A stretch of DNA of 64,000 bases from Nitrospira sp. (GTDB taxonomy: Bacteria; Nitrospirota; Nitrospiria; Nitrospirales; Nitrospiraceae). Location of the stretch: contig JBJACV010000007.1 in NCBI GenBank assembly GCA_046604365.1, positions 121,877 to 185,876 on the forward strand. Direction: 5' to 3'. Below the pieces are notes generated by a model. It searched no databases, had not been told where the DNA came from, and saw only the letters and a program-made list of their open reading frames with translations. Position 1 is the stretch's first letter; each line of letters starts with the position of its first letter. The position numbers and the translations under genes were made by a program. Positions 45,907 to 54,489 of the stretch are shown here, piece by piece.

Positions 45907-46434
45907 ATGGGATTGATTCAACTGGGACGTCAGGAAAAGGACGGTGCCCCCGATGTGTTCACGGGCACCTTGGAAAAAGCCGTGAACTGGGCGCGAAAAG
46001 GTTCGCTTTGGCCCATGACCTTCGGGCTTGCCTGTTGTGCCATCGAGATGATGGCCGCCGTCTCTTCACGGTACGACATGGACCGGTTCGGAGCCGGGGT
46101 GTTTCGGGGTTCGCCTCGGCAGTCGGATTTGATGATCGTTGCCGGAACGGTCTGTCGGCGGATGGCGCCCGTCATCCGAAAGATCTATGACCAGATGCCG
46201 GAACCGAAATATGTCATCGCGATGGGCTCCTGCGCCACGTCCGGGAACATCTACGATAGCTATAGTGTCGTGCAAGGAGTCGATCGGTTCGTTCCCGTCG
46301 ATATTTATGTGCCCGGCTGTCCGCCGACCCCTGAAGCTCTCTTGGACGGCATCTTGAAATTGCAAGAGCGGATCATGGAGAAGCGGGTGTTTGTCGCCCA
46401 ACCGAAAGAGATTAAAGCAAGCTTGAAGGTCTGA
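45907..46434 (+). CDS. nuoB: NADH-quinone oxidoreductase subunit B
   Basis: The ATG at 45907 gives [25 protein letters not shown], then [10 protein letters not shown] and VPGCPP (N2 cluster ligands). Confidence 0.95.
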   Translation: MGLIQLGRQEKDGAPDVFTGTLEKAVNWARKGSLWPMTFGLACCAIEMMAAVSSRYDMDRFGAGVFRGSPRQSDLMIVAGTVCRRMAPVIRKIYDQMPEPKYVIAMGSCATSGNIYDSYSVVQGVDRFVPVDIYVPGCPPTPEALLDGILKLQERIMEKRVFVAQPKEIKASLKV

Positions 46435-46444
46435 CGGTACTGCG

Positions 46445-46942
46445 ATGCATCAACTGGCAACACGGATTCAGGAGTCCTTCTCGGACGGTTTTGTCGGCGC
46501 GACAGAATGGCGGGGCGATGTGGCGGTGACGGTGACCCGTGACAAGCTGCGTGACGTCGCCAAATTTCTGCGTCATGAACCGGGAATGGATTTCGATTAC
46601 ATCGTCCATGTGAGTTCCGTGGATTGGCCCGATGATGAAGAACGATTCGAAGTCGTGTGGGAATTCTACTCGATTCGAAAACGGCATCGTATTCGACTCA
46701 AGACGCGAGTGCCCGAATCGGACTGTGTGGTCGATTCCCTGACGGACTTGTGGAAAGGCGCTGATTTCATGGAGCGTGAAGTGTACGACATGATGGGTAT
46801 CCGGTTTCGCAATCACCCGGACCTGCGCCGGATTTTGATGCCGGATGATTTCACGGAAGGCTACCCGTTGCGGAAGGATTTTCCGCTTCGCGGCAAAGGT
46901 TGGCGGGACACGTTCGAATTCCTGGACGAAATTCCACGGTAG
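46445..46942 (+). CDS. nuoC: NADH-quinone oxidoreductase subunit C
   Basis: 165 aa. WKGADFMEREVYDMMGIRFRNHPDLRRILMPDDFTEGYPLRKDFPL is the NuoC/30-kDa signature. Confidence 0.9.
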   Translation: MHQLATRIQESFSDGFVGATEWRGDVAVTVTRDKLRDVAKFLRHEPGMDFDYIVHVSSVDWPDDEERFEVVWEFYSIRKRHRIRLKTRVPESDCVVDSLTDLWKGADFMEREVYDMMGIRFRNHPDLRRILMPDDFTEGYPLRKDFPLRGKGWRDTFEFLDEIPR

Positions 46943-46956
46943 GACGCGGCAGCAGC

Positions 46957-48201
46957 ATGGCATTTGAAGATCAGAGAACTACGATCTACAAGGTCAATCC
47001 GGAGCATCCGGAAAGCGAAACGCTTCCGACTCTGCGAACCGAGGAGCTCTTGCTTAACCTGGGACCTCAGCACCCCAGCACGCACGGAGTTCTCAAAGTG
47101 ATTTTGGAGTTGGAGGGGGAACGGCTGGTGAAATCCACACCGGTGATGGGTTATCTCCATCGTGGAGTCGAAAAGCTGGCCGAAGACGGCACCTATCACC
47201 AGTTCATTCCCCATACGGACCGGCTCGACTATGTCTGTGCGATGTACAATAACTTCGCCTATTGCCGCGCCGTGGAGAAGCTGCTGGATCTCAAAGTTCC
47301 CGAGAGAGGGGAGTATCTCAGAACGATTGTTGCGGAGGTGCAGCGCATCATCGGCCATCAATTTTGGCTGGGGGCTCAAGCGCTCGATATCGGGGCGATG
47401 ACCGTCTTTTTCTATTGTTTTCGCGATCGAGAAATCCTGCTCGATTGGTTCGATGAGTTGTGCGGAGCGCGTCTCACGACGAGTTGGTATCGCATCGGCG
47501 GGGTAGAGCGAGACCTGACCCCCGGGTTGATCGATAAGCTCAAGCAGTTCATCGACTACTTTCCTCCTAAGATTGAGGAGTATCAGGTCTTTCTTGAGAA
47601 AAACCGCATCTGGCTGGGACGCACCAAGGGCGTGGCGGTCATTTCCGCGGAAGACGCCGTCAATTTTGGGCTGAGCGGGCCGACTTTGCGCGGCTCCGGT
47701 GTGGACTATGACCTTCGGAAGTACGAGCCTTATAGCGCGTACCCCAAGTGCGAGTTCAGCGTACCGGTCGGAAAAAACGGCGATACGTATGACCGGTATT
47801 GGATCCGGGTGATGGAACTGTACGAAAGCGTCAAGATCATCCGGCAGTGCCTCGAGCAAATGCAGGATGGTCCGGTCATGGCCGATGTCCCAAGCGTGAC
47901 ACTGCCGCCGAAGGAGCGGGTGTTTACAAATTTGGAATCGATGATCCAGCAGTTCAAGCTGTTCTCTCAGGGATTCCAGGCTCCTCCCGGTGAGATTTAT
48001 TGCGGCACCGAAGCCCACAAGGGCGAGCTGGGTTTTTACATCGTCAGTACAGGCGGAGGGAAACCCTATCGACTGAAGATCCGCGCCCCGTCCTTCATTC
48101 ATATGGGCGCCTTCGATCATATGTCCAGAGGCTATATGATCTCCGATGCCTGTACCATCTTCGGGACGTACGATATCGTGATGGGGGAATGCGACCGGTA
48201 A
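46957..48201 (+). CDS. nuoD: NADH-quinone oxidoreductase subunit D
   Basis: The ATG at 46957 gives MAFEDQ..LNLGPQHPSTHGVLKVILELEGE, then HRGVEKLAE and a C-terminal DIVMGECDR. Confidence 0.95.
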   Translation: MAFEDQRTTIYKVNPEHPESETLPTLRTEELLLNLGPQHPSTHGVLKVILELEGERLVKSTPVMGYLHRGVEKLAEDGTYHQFIPHTDRLDYVCAMYNNFAYCRAVEKLLDLKVPERGEYLRTIVAEVQRIIGHQFWLGAQALDIGAMTVFFYCFRDREILLDWFDELCGARLTTSWYRIGGVERDLTPGLIDKLKQFIDYFPPKIEEYQVFLEKNRIWLGRTKGVAVISAEDAVNFGLSGPTLRGSGVDYDLRKYEPYSAYPKCEFSVPVGKNGDTYDRYWIRVMELYESVKIIRQCLEQMQDGPVMADVPSVTLPPKERVFTNLESMIQQFKLFSQGFQAPPGEIYCGTEAHKGELGFYIVSTGGGKPYRLKIRAPSFIHMGAFDHMSRGYMISDACTIFGTYDIVMGECDR

Positions 48202-48292
48202 GGAAGTCGTGAATGATGACGGTTCAAGGTTGCAATGATGAGCGGACATCCGCACCGACTATATTCAGCGCATCATTCAACAGTGAGGCACC

Positions 48293-50986
48293 ATGGGGCT
48301 GAAGCCAGGCACTAATCCCGACGTCGAGGCCGCGACGATTCAACTCAATATCGACGGGAAGACCGTGACGGCGAAGGACGGGATCTCGTTGTACGATGTT
48401 ATTTCGATGACGGGGAAAATCATCCCGGCCATGTGCTACCACTACACTTTCGATCCATTCGGATCTTGCGGCATGTGCCTTGTGATGCAAGAAGGGAAAA
48501 AGGCGCCCGTCCGGTCCTGCACCGCGAAGGCGACGGCGGGGATGGTCATACGAACCGAGGGGGAGGATCTCTTCCTTGCCCGTAAAAAAGCCGTTGAGAA
48601 GCATCTGTCCGTGCATCCGCTCGACTGCCCGGTCTGCGATGCAGACGGCCATTGCGAACTCCAGGACATGGCCTTCGAGCACGGCGTGACCAATCTTGCC
48701 AATGCCAAGCAGAAGTTCATTCCGGAAGATACCCGCAGTCCGGTTCTGGACTTCAATATGAACCGCTGCATCGCCTGCGCCGAATGTATCAACGTCTGCA
48801 AAGATGTGCTGATGATCGATGCGCTGCAATTCATGAAAAAGGGCGGATTCAATCAAGTGGTCCCGAAGGGCGACGTCGCCCTCTCCTGCGAATTCTGCGG
48901 GGATTGCCTGGCGGTCTGCCCGGTCGGCGCCATTACAAACAAGTTCTCCAAGTATTTGTACAAGCCCTGGCAGATGAAGAAGACGACGACGACCTGCAAT
49001 TACTGCGGGGATGGCTGCCAGATGTACCTGGAAACGAAAGATGAAGAGGTGATCCGCGTCACCTCGCCCCTCTCCTGGAAGAATAAGTGGGGAGACCGGT
49101 CGGAAACGGCCAAAGGCCACGGCGGCCTTTGTGTGCGTGGGCGATTCGGATTTGAGTATCTAGACGGGAAGACCCGATTACGGCATCCATTGGTTCGTGA
49201 GGGCAACCGGCTGGTCGAAAAACCATGGCTTGAGGCTATGCACCTAGTCGTAGACCGATTTGCGAATATCAAGAGCAAATACGGCGCCGATGCCATTGCA
49301 GGATTAGTCACCGCACGATGCACGAACGAAGAGCTGTATTTGTTCCAGAAGCTGATGCGGATCGGGTTCGGGAGCAATCATCTTGACAGCAGCGCCCGCT
49401 ACGGCCACCTGAATTTCGTGCATGCCTCGAAACATGCTCTTGGGCTAGGACGGACGCCGAATGATTGGGAAGATCTCACCAAAGCCAAAGCCATCCTCCT
49501 CATCGGCTCGAACATCACGGAAACGAATCCCCTGACAGCCGTGCGGATCAAAGAAGCGATTCGCGTCTATAAGGCACAGGTGGTGACGCTGGATTCCGCC
49601 GTGACCAACATGGCCAAGCTGGCTTCTCATCCGTTTGTGATCAAGCCCGGCACGGAGGGATTGGTCATTCATGGGTTGGTGAAGGCGACGATCGAGCAGG
49701 ACTTGGTGGATGACGAAGCGACCAAGACGCATCCCCAGGCTTTCGCCGCGCTTCAGGCCGCGGTTGCAGGCCTTTCACTAGACGACGTTGCCTCTCAAAC
49801 CGGCCTGACCACGGACAGCTTGAGAGACATTGCAGCGATTTTCGCCGAAGCACCGCGCGCGATCATTATGTGCGCGGAAGGCATCGTGAGGAGAGCCGGT
49901 GGTTACGACAATGTGCTGAAACTCATCGACTTGGCCTGGATCACCGGCAAACTCGGCCGTCCCGGTTGTGGTGTGAATACCGTGACCGAGGAGCCGAATG
50001 AGCAGGGCGCCGTCGATATGGGCGTGGCGCCTGAGTTTTTGCCGGGTCAAGCAAGGTTTGACGATCCGGTTGCACGCGAGCGATTCGCAAAGGCTTGGGG
50101 TGCGGCACTTCCAGTGAGTCGTGCCGGGTCGAGTCTCGTCGATATCCTCAACGGATGTAAGAACGGCAGCATCAAGGCGTTATATGTCCTCGGAGAAAAT
50201 CCGCTGGAGACTTTGCCGGCTTCTATGGAAATACGGGCTGCATTGGATCGGCTGGAGTTGCTCGTTGTCCAGGATCCGTTCTTGACCCAGACGGCTCGGC
50301 AGGCGCATGTCGTGTTCCCCGCTTGTACCTACGCAGAAAAGGACGGGACCTTCACGAATCTGGAGGGCCGTGTCCTCCGGGTTCGTCAAGCAATGGATCC
50401 GATCGGGGAAAGTCTGCCGGATTGGCATATCATGACCTCCCTGGCCAATGCGTTGGGATGTCAGTGGGAGTATCAATCGGTCAATGATATTCAATCGGAA
50501 ATGATGAAGCTCTTACCGGGTTACTACAACCTTGGCCAACCGCGCAAAGTGGTATCGTCGCCGGATCGCTACTTGGAAGATGGGTATGCCGCCGAGGTCG
50601 CCGTCCGTTACCGGACGATGCCGACGTCGCATGACAGTGCGCGTCCGTTCTCATTGCAGATGGGCCAGCTGCTGATGCACTCGGGCAAGATGTCGACGGA
50701 AGCTCCCGGCCTCATCAAAATTGCTCCGAATACCGGCAAGCTTCGTATGAGTCCGGCGGATATGGACCGGCTTGGCCTGCAGGACGGCATGAAAGTGCGT
50801 CTGACTTCCAATCTGGGGTCCCTCCAGCTTGGGGTCCAACCCGACCAGTCTGTTGCCATCGGGACCTGTTTCTTTCCGGAACACTTCAACGAACCGCCCG
50901 TGAAAGATTTGATGAGTGTCTCAGTGGATCCCATGACCGGTGTTCCTGCTTTCAAGCAGGCATGGGTCAGTATTGAACGAGCGTAA
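48293..50986 (+). CDS. nuoG: NuoG-like Fe-S / molybdopterin-oxidoreductase-fold subunit
   Basis: 897 aa. N-terminal 2Fe-2S ferredoxin (CYHYTFDPFGSCGMCLV), the His-Cys3 cluster motif HPLDCPVCDADGHCELQD, two 4Fe-4S motifs (CIACAECINVC, CEFCGDCLAVCP), then an MopB domain (TTTCNYCGDGCQMYLE). It sits in the G position of the operon. Confidence 0.8.
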   Translation: MGLKPGTNPDVEAATIQLNIDGKTVTAKDGISLYDVISMTGKIIPAMCYHYTFDPFGSCGMCLVMQEGKKAPVRSCTAKATAGMVIRTEGEDLFLARKKAVEKHLSVHPLDCPVCDADGHCELQDMAFEHGVTNLANAKQKFIPEDTRSPVLDFNMNRCIACAECINVCKDVLMIDALQFMKKGGFNQVVPKGDVALSCEFCGDCLAVCPVGAITNKFSKYLYKPWQMKKTTTTCNYCGDGCQMYLETKDEEVIRVTSPLSWKNKWGDRSETAKGHGGLCVRGRFGFEYLDGKTRLRHPLVREGNRLVEKPWLEAMHLVVDRFANIKSKYGADAIAGLVTARCTNEELYLFQKLMRIGFGSNHLDSSARYGHLNFVHASKHALGLGRTPNDWEDLTKAKAILLIGSNITETNPLTAVRIKEAIRVYKAQVVTLDSAVTNMAKLASHPFVIKPGTEGLVIHGLVKATIEQDLVDDEATKTHPQAFAALQAAVAGLSLDDVASQTGLTTDSLRDIAAIFAEAPRAIIMCAEGIVRRAGGYDNVLKLIDLAWITGKLGRPGCGVNTVTEEPNEQGAVDMGVAPEFLPGQARFDDPVARERFAKAWGAALPVSRAGSSLVDILNGCKNGSIKALYVLGENPLETLPASMEIRAALDRLELLVVQDPFLTQTARQAHVVFPACTYAEKDGTFTNLEGRVLRVRQAMDPIGESLPDWHIMTSLANALGCQWEYQSVNDIQSEMMKLLPGYYNLGQPRKVVSSPDRYLEDGYAAEVAVRYRTMPTSHDSARPFSLQMGQLLMHSGKMSTEAPGLIKIAPNTGKLRMSPADMDRLGLQDGMKVRLTSNLGSLQLGVQPDQSVAIGTCFFPEHFNEPPVKDLMSVSVDPMTGVPAFKQAWVSIERA

Positions 50987-51028
50987 TCGGGTGTGTATGC
51001 TGCGCCCGTCGGCGAACAGGAGACCCGG

Positions 51029-51616
51029 ATGAGCGTTTCCGTAATAACCAAGAAAATTCTCCAGGCCGCGCTGTTCTATGAGATTTGGGACGCGATGAAG
51101 GTGACCTTCAAGCACATGTTCCATCAGCCGATCACGTTTCAATACCCGCGCGAACAGCGGGAGATTCCGCATGCCCATCGGGGCGCCCTGGGGTTGCTTC
51201 GATACGACGACGGCCGAGAGCGGTGCGTCGGGTGTGATCTCTGCGAGGTGGCCTGTCCCTCCCATTGCATCAAGGTGATCAGCGCCGAGGATACGGCCCG
51301 CCCGCTTCAACGGTACGCAAGCGAGTTTTATATCGATGTGACGAAGTGCGTCTTTTGCGGCTATTGTGTAGAGGCCTGCCCGGTCAATGCGTTGGCGATG
51401 ACCAAGATGTACGAGTATTCCACCCATGACAAGCGCACATTGCTCTTCGATAAGAAGCGCCTGTACGACATCGGGGAGCGCCACCTCAATGACGCCAAGC
51501 AATATCTGTATGCCCACAATCAGGAAAAGAATGTCGAGGAGAGCCGTGAGTATCGGTACTATTTTCCGCAGTCCGTACTCAAGTCCACGCAAACGCCTCC
51601 CAAGCATCTGAGCTGA
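51029..51616 (+). CDS. nuoI: NADH-quinone oxidoreductase subunit I
   Basis: The ATG at 51029 (AGGAG 8 nt upstream). Two 4Fe-4S ferredoxin motifs: CVGCDLCEVACP and CVFCGYCVEACP. Confidence 0.9.
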   Translation: MSVSVITKKILQAALFYEIWDAMKVTFKHMFHQPITFQYPREQREIPHAHRGALGLLRYDDGRERCVGCDLCEVACPSHCIKVISAEDTARPLQRYASEFYIDVTKCVFCGYCVEACPVNALAMTKMYEYSTHDKRTLLFDKKRLYDIGERHLNDAKQYLYAHNQEKNVEESREYRYYFPQSVLKSTQTPPKHLS

Positions 51617-51625
51617 GTCGAAGAC

Positions 51626-52153
51626 ATGGTTGCCGTCTTTTTTGCGTATTTCGCATTGGTGAGTATTGCCGCCGGCGTTCTGACGGTGTCGCTGAAAAAC
51701 CCCGTCCACTGCGGGCTCGCATTGCTCGCGCTGTTGATGCACGTCTCCGGTCTTTTCGTCCTGCTCAATGCCGAATTTCTCTGGGCGGTGCAGGTCATTG
51801 TCTATGCCGGCGCCATTCTGGTGCTCTACCTGTTCGTGCTCATGTTGCTCAATCTCAAGGCCGATGAACGGTATTTTCATTCGTCGTACCCCTATTTCCT
51901 CGGCCCCGCTCTCTTAGGGGCTTGTTATGTAATTTTTCTTTTGATTCGGTCTCCCTATGCGGGAGTCAAAGGCGATGCTCCCGACGCTGCCGTGCTGGAA
52001 CACGGGGACACGTATGCCGTGGGCATCAAGATGTTCAGCGACCATCTGCTGCAGTTTGAAATCATCGGTGTCTTTCTGTTGGGCGCCATCATCGGTGCGA
52101 TCGTCTTGGCGAAGACGCCGAAATCGATCGACACCATGAGCGGGAAGGAGTGA
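51626..52153 (+). CDS. nuoJ: NADH-quinone oxidoreductase subunit J
   Basis: 175 aa. LKNPVHCGLALLALLMHVSGLFVLLNAEFLWAVQVIVYAGAILVLYLFVLML. Confidence 0.9.
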   Translation: MVAVFFAYFALVSIAAGVLTVSLKNPVHCGLALLALLMHVSGLFVLLNAEFLWAVQVIVYAGAILVLYLFVLMLLNLKADERYFHSSYPYFLGPALLGACYVIFLLIRSPYAGVKGDAPDAAVLEHGDTYAVGIKMFSDHLLQFEIIGVFLLGAIIGAIVLAKTPKSIDTMSGKE

Positions 52154-52159
52154 GGGGCG

Positions 52160-52462
52160 ATGGTTCCGCTTAGCGCCTATGTGGCGGTCAGCGCGGTCCT
52201 GTTCATGACGGGATTGCTCGGCGTCTTGATTCGACGGAATTTTATTATCGTGCTCATGTCCGTGGAAATCATGATGAACGCCGCCAATATCAATCTGGTG
52301 GCGTTTTCGCACTACTTGGAGTCCATGGCCGGCCAGCTTACCGCCCTGTTTTTTATTGCCGTCGCAGCCGGGGAAGCCGCAGTCGGACTGGCCATCATCA
52401 TCGTGGTGTTTCGTGGAAAAGTTTCTACGAATGTCGATGAGATGAACGTCTTGAAGTGGTAG
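52160..52462 (+). CDS. nuoK: NADH-quinone oxidoreductase subunit K
   Basis: 100 aa. LFMTGLLGVLIRRNFIIVLMSVEIMMNAANINLVAF..AAGEAAVGLAIII. Confidence 0.95.
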   Translation: MVPLSAYVAVSAVLFMTGLLGVLIRRNFIIVLMSVEIMMNAANINLVAFSHYLESMAGQLTALFFIAVAAGEAAVGLAIIIVVFRGKVSTNVDEMNVLKW

Positions 52463-52485
52463 CAGGATGGAGATGACGACCTAGC

Positions 52486-54462
52486 GTGTCCGACTTAACC
52501 GATCTTCTCATCAAACTGATTCCGATTCTCCCGCTCCTGGCCGTGATTTCCAACGGACTTCTGGGCAGCCGCTATTCTCACGAGATGGCCCATCGGTTGG
52601 CGTGGGGATCGGTCGGCCTTTCCTTTCTCTGTGTCATCGGCGTGTTCGCCGATATTCTGCGAACCGGAACTGCGCACGAAGTCGTCGCCTACCAATGGAT
52701 CTTCGGGGGCGATCTCACGATCAATCTGGCCTATCTGGTCGATCCGTTGACCTGCGTGATGTTGCTCGTGGTGACCGGAGTGGGTTTTCTCATTCATGTC
52801 TACTCAGTCGGGTATATGCACGGTGAACCGGGCTTCACGCGGTTCTTTACCTACATGAACCTCTTCATGGTCTCCATGCTGCTGCTGGTGATGGGGAATA
52901 ATTATCTGGTTCTGTTTATCGGCTGGGAAGGAGTCGGGCTCTGTTCGTATTTGCTCATCGGGTACTACTACGACAAAGTGTCGGCGGCGAAGGCGGCGAC
53001 GAAGGCCTTTGTGGTCAATCGCATCGGCGATGCAGGGTTCTTGTTGGCCATCTTTCTGATCTTCGTCAACTTCAAGACCCTGGACTACACCAAGGTGTTT
53101 GCGCAGGCCGGCCAGCTTTCGCCTGAGATGGCAACCGCTATCGCGCTCTGCTTGCTGGTCGGTGCGGTCGGCAAATCCGCCCAGCTCCCTCTCTATACCT
53201 GGTTGCCTGACGCGATGGAGGGTCCGACGCCGGTCAGCGCGCTTATCCATGCCGCCACCATGGTGACAGCAGGTGTGTACATGATTGTCCGTAATCATGT
53301 CATTTTCGATCTCTCTCCCACTGCGATGGAAGTGGTCGGTTTTGTCGGCGGCGGTACGGCCCTATTCGCCGCCACGATCGGTTTGGTCCAGACCGATATC
53401 AAGCGGGTGCTGGCCTATTCAACGGTCAGCCAGTTGGGGTACATGTTCCTGGGTTGCGGCATCGGCGCCTACACCGCTGCTATCTTCCACTTGATGACCC
53501 ATGCCTTTTTCAAAGCCCTGCTGTTTTTGTCCGCGGGGTCGGTGATTCACGCCCTGTCAGGCGAGCAAGACATCAGAAAAATGGGCGGGCTGAGCAAGAA
53601 AATCCCTTGGACGTACCGTCTGTTTCTGATCGGCACCATCGCGATTGCCGGGATTCCTCCTTTGGCGGGATTCTGGAGCAAAGACGAGATCATGGCCCAT
53701 GCCTTTACCCATGACCACTTCCTGCTCTATAGCATCGCGGCGATCGGCGCTTTTCTCACCTCCTTTTACATGTTTCGGCTGACCTACCTGACCTTTTATG
53801 GTGAGTCCAGAATGGATCACCATGCCGAAGCGCATGTCCACGAATCGCCGCTGGTGATGATTGGTCCTTTGGTTGCGCTTGGTTTCTTATCGCTTGTCGG
53901 CGGGTTGCTGTTGGGGTTTCCCCCGGAACATGGCTGGTTGCATCAATTTCTGGCGCCGGTTGTGGGCTCGGCCGGTGAACACGAGGTGAGCATGGGGTTG
54001 GTGTCCGCTCTCATGGTTGTGGCAACCGGCATCGCAGTGATTGGGTGGGGGCTGGCCCACTTCATGTACCAGGTGAGCACTCCGACGGCCGATGTGTGGG
54101 CCGAGAAATTCTCCGGCGCCTACAGGACCCTGTTGAACAAATATTATGTCGATGAACTCTATGATTTCATGATCGTCGAGCCCCTCAAGCGCTTGGGAGA
54201 CCTGCTTGATTGGTTCGATCGCACAGTCGTCGACGGTCTCGTCCGTGGAGTCGGACGCCTGGCCGATTGGGGCTCTGCCGGATCGACATGGATTGAAAAG
54301 TATGTTGTGTATGCGGGGTTGAATGTCATCGGATACGGCAATCACCTCGCGGCGCGCGAGGGGCGGAAGATGCAGAGCGGAATGGTCCACCATTATGTCG
54401 CTCTCATCGTCGCCGGGCTCTTTCTGTTGGCGCTGGTCGTTCAATTCCTGGTTCAGATGTAG
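52486..54462 (+). CDS. nuoL: NADH-quinone oxidoreductase subunit L (long form, 658 aa)
   Basis: GTG start. It has MGNNYLVLFIGWEGVGLCSYLLIGYYY, AVGKSAQLPLYTWLPDAMEGPTPVSALIHAATMVTAG, and a C-terminal lateral helix plus final TM. Confidence 0.9.
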   Translation: MSDLTDLLIKLIPILPLLAVISNGLLGSRYSHEMAHRLAWGSVGLSFLCVIGVFADILRTGTAHEVVAYQWIFGGDLTINLAYLVDPLTCVMLLVVTGVGFLIHVYSVGYMHGEPGFTRFFTYMNLFMVSMLLLVMGNNYLVLFIGWEGVGLCSYLLIGYYYDKVSAAKAATKAFVVNRIGDAGFLLAIFLIFVNFKTLDYTKVFAQAGQLSPEMATAIALCLLVGAVGKSAQLPLYTWLPDAMEGPTPVSALIHAATMVTAGVYMIVRNHVIFDLSPTAMEVVGFVGGGTALFAATIGLVQTDIKRVLAYSTVSQLGYMFLGCGIGAYTAAIFHLMTHAFFKALLFLSAGSVIHALSGEQDIRKMGGLSKKIPWTYRLFLIGTIAIAGIPPLAGFWSKDEIMAHAFTHDHFLLYSIAAIGAFLTSFYMFRLTYLTFYGESRMDHHAEAHVHESPLVMIGPLVALGFLSLVGGLLLGFPPEHGWLHQFLAPVVGSAGEHEVSMGLVSALMVVATGIAVIGWGLAHFMYQVSTPTADVWAEKFSGAYRTLLNKYYVDELYDFMIVEPLKRLGDLLDWFDRTVVDGLVRGVGRLADWGSAGSTWIEKYVVYAGLNVIGYGNHLAAREGRKMQSGMVHHYVALIVAGLFLLALVVQFLVQM

Positions 54463-54489
54463 AGGGTCGAGGGGCGGACGGCGGTCATT

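Noticed and set aside
46861-48255. 464-aa minus-strand ORF, plus similar long antisense ORFs at 48224-49120, 50921-51880, 53887-54828, 55441-56055 and 56189-56842
   Set aside because: All lie antisense to nuo genes with unambiguous signatures. They are long open antisense frames of the kind expected at this GC content.
48293-50986. Reading the 897-aa MopB protein as an active formate dehydrogenase alpha subunit
   Set aside because: The position aligned with the catalytic Sec/Cys is Gly (ARYGH), and the gene sits in the nuoG slot of a nuo operon with no fdh accessory genes. NuoG-like is therefore the better call, though the fold is FDH-related.
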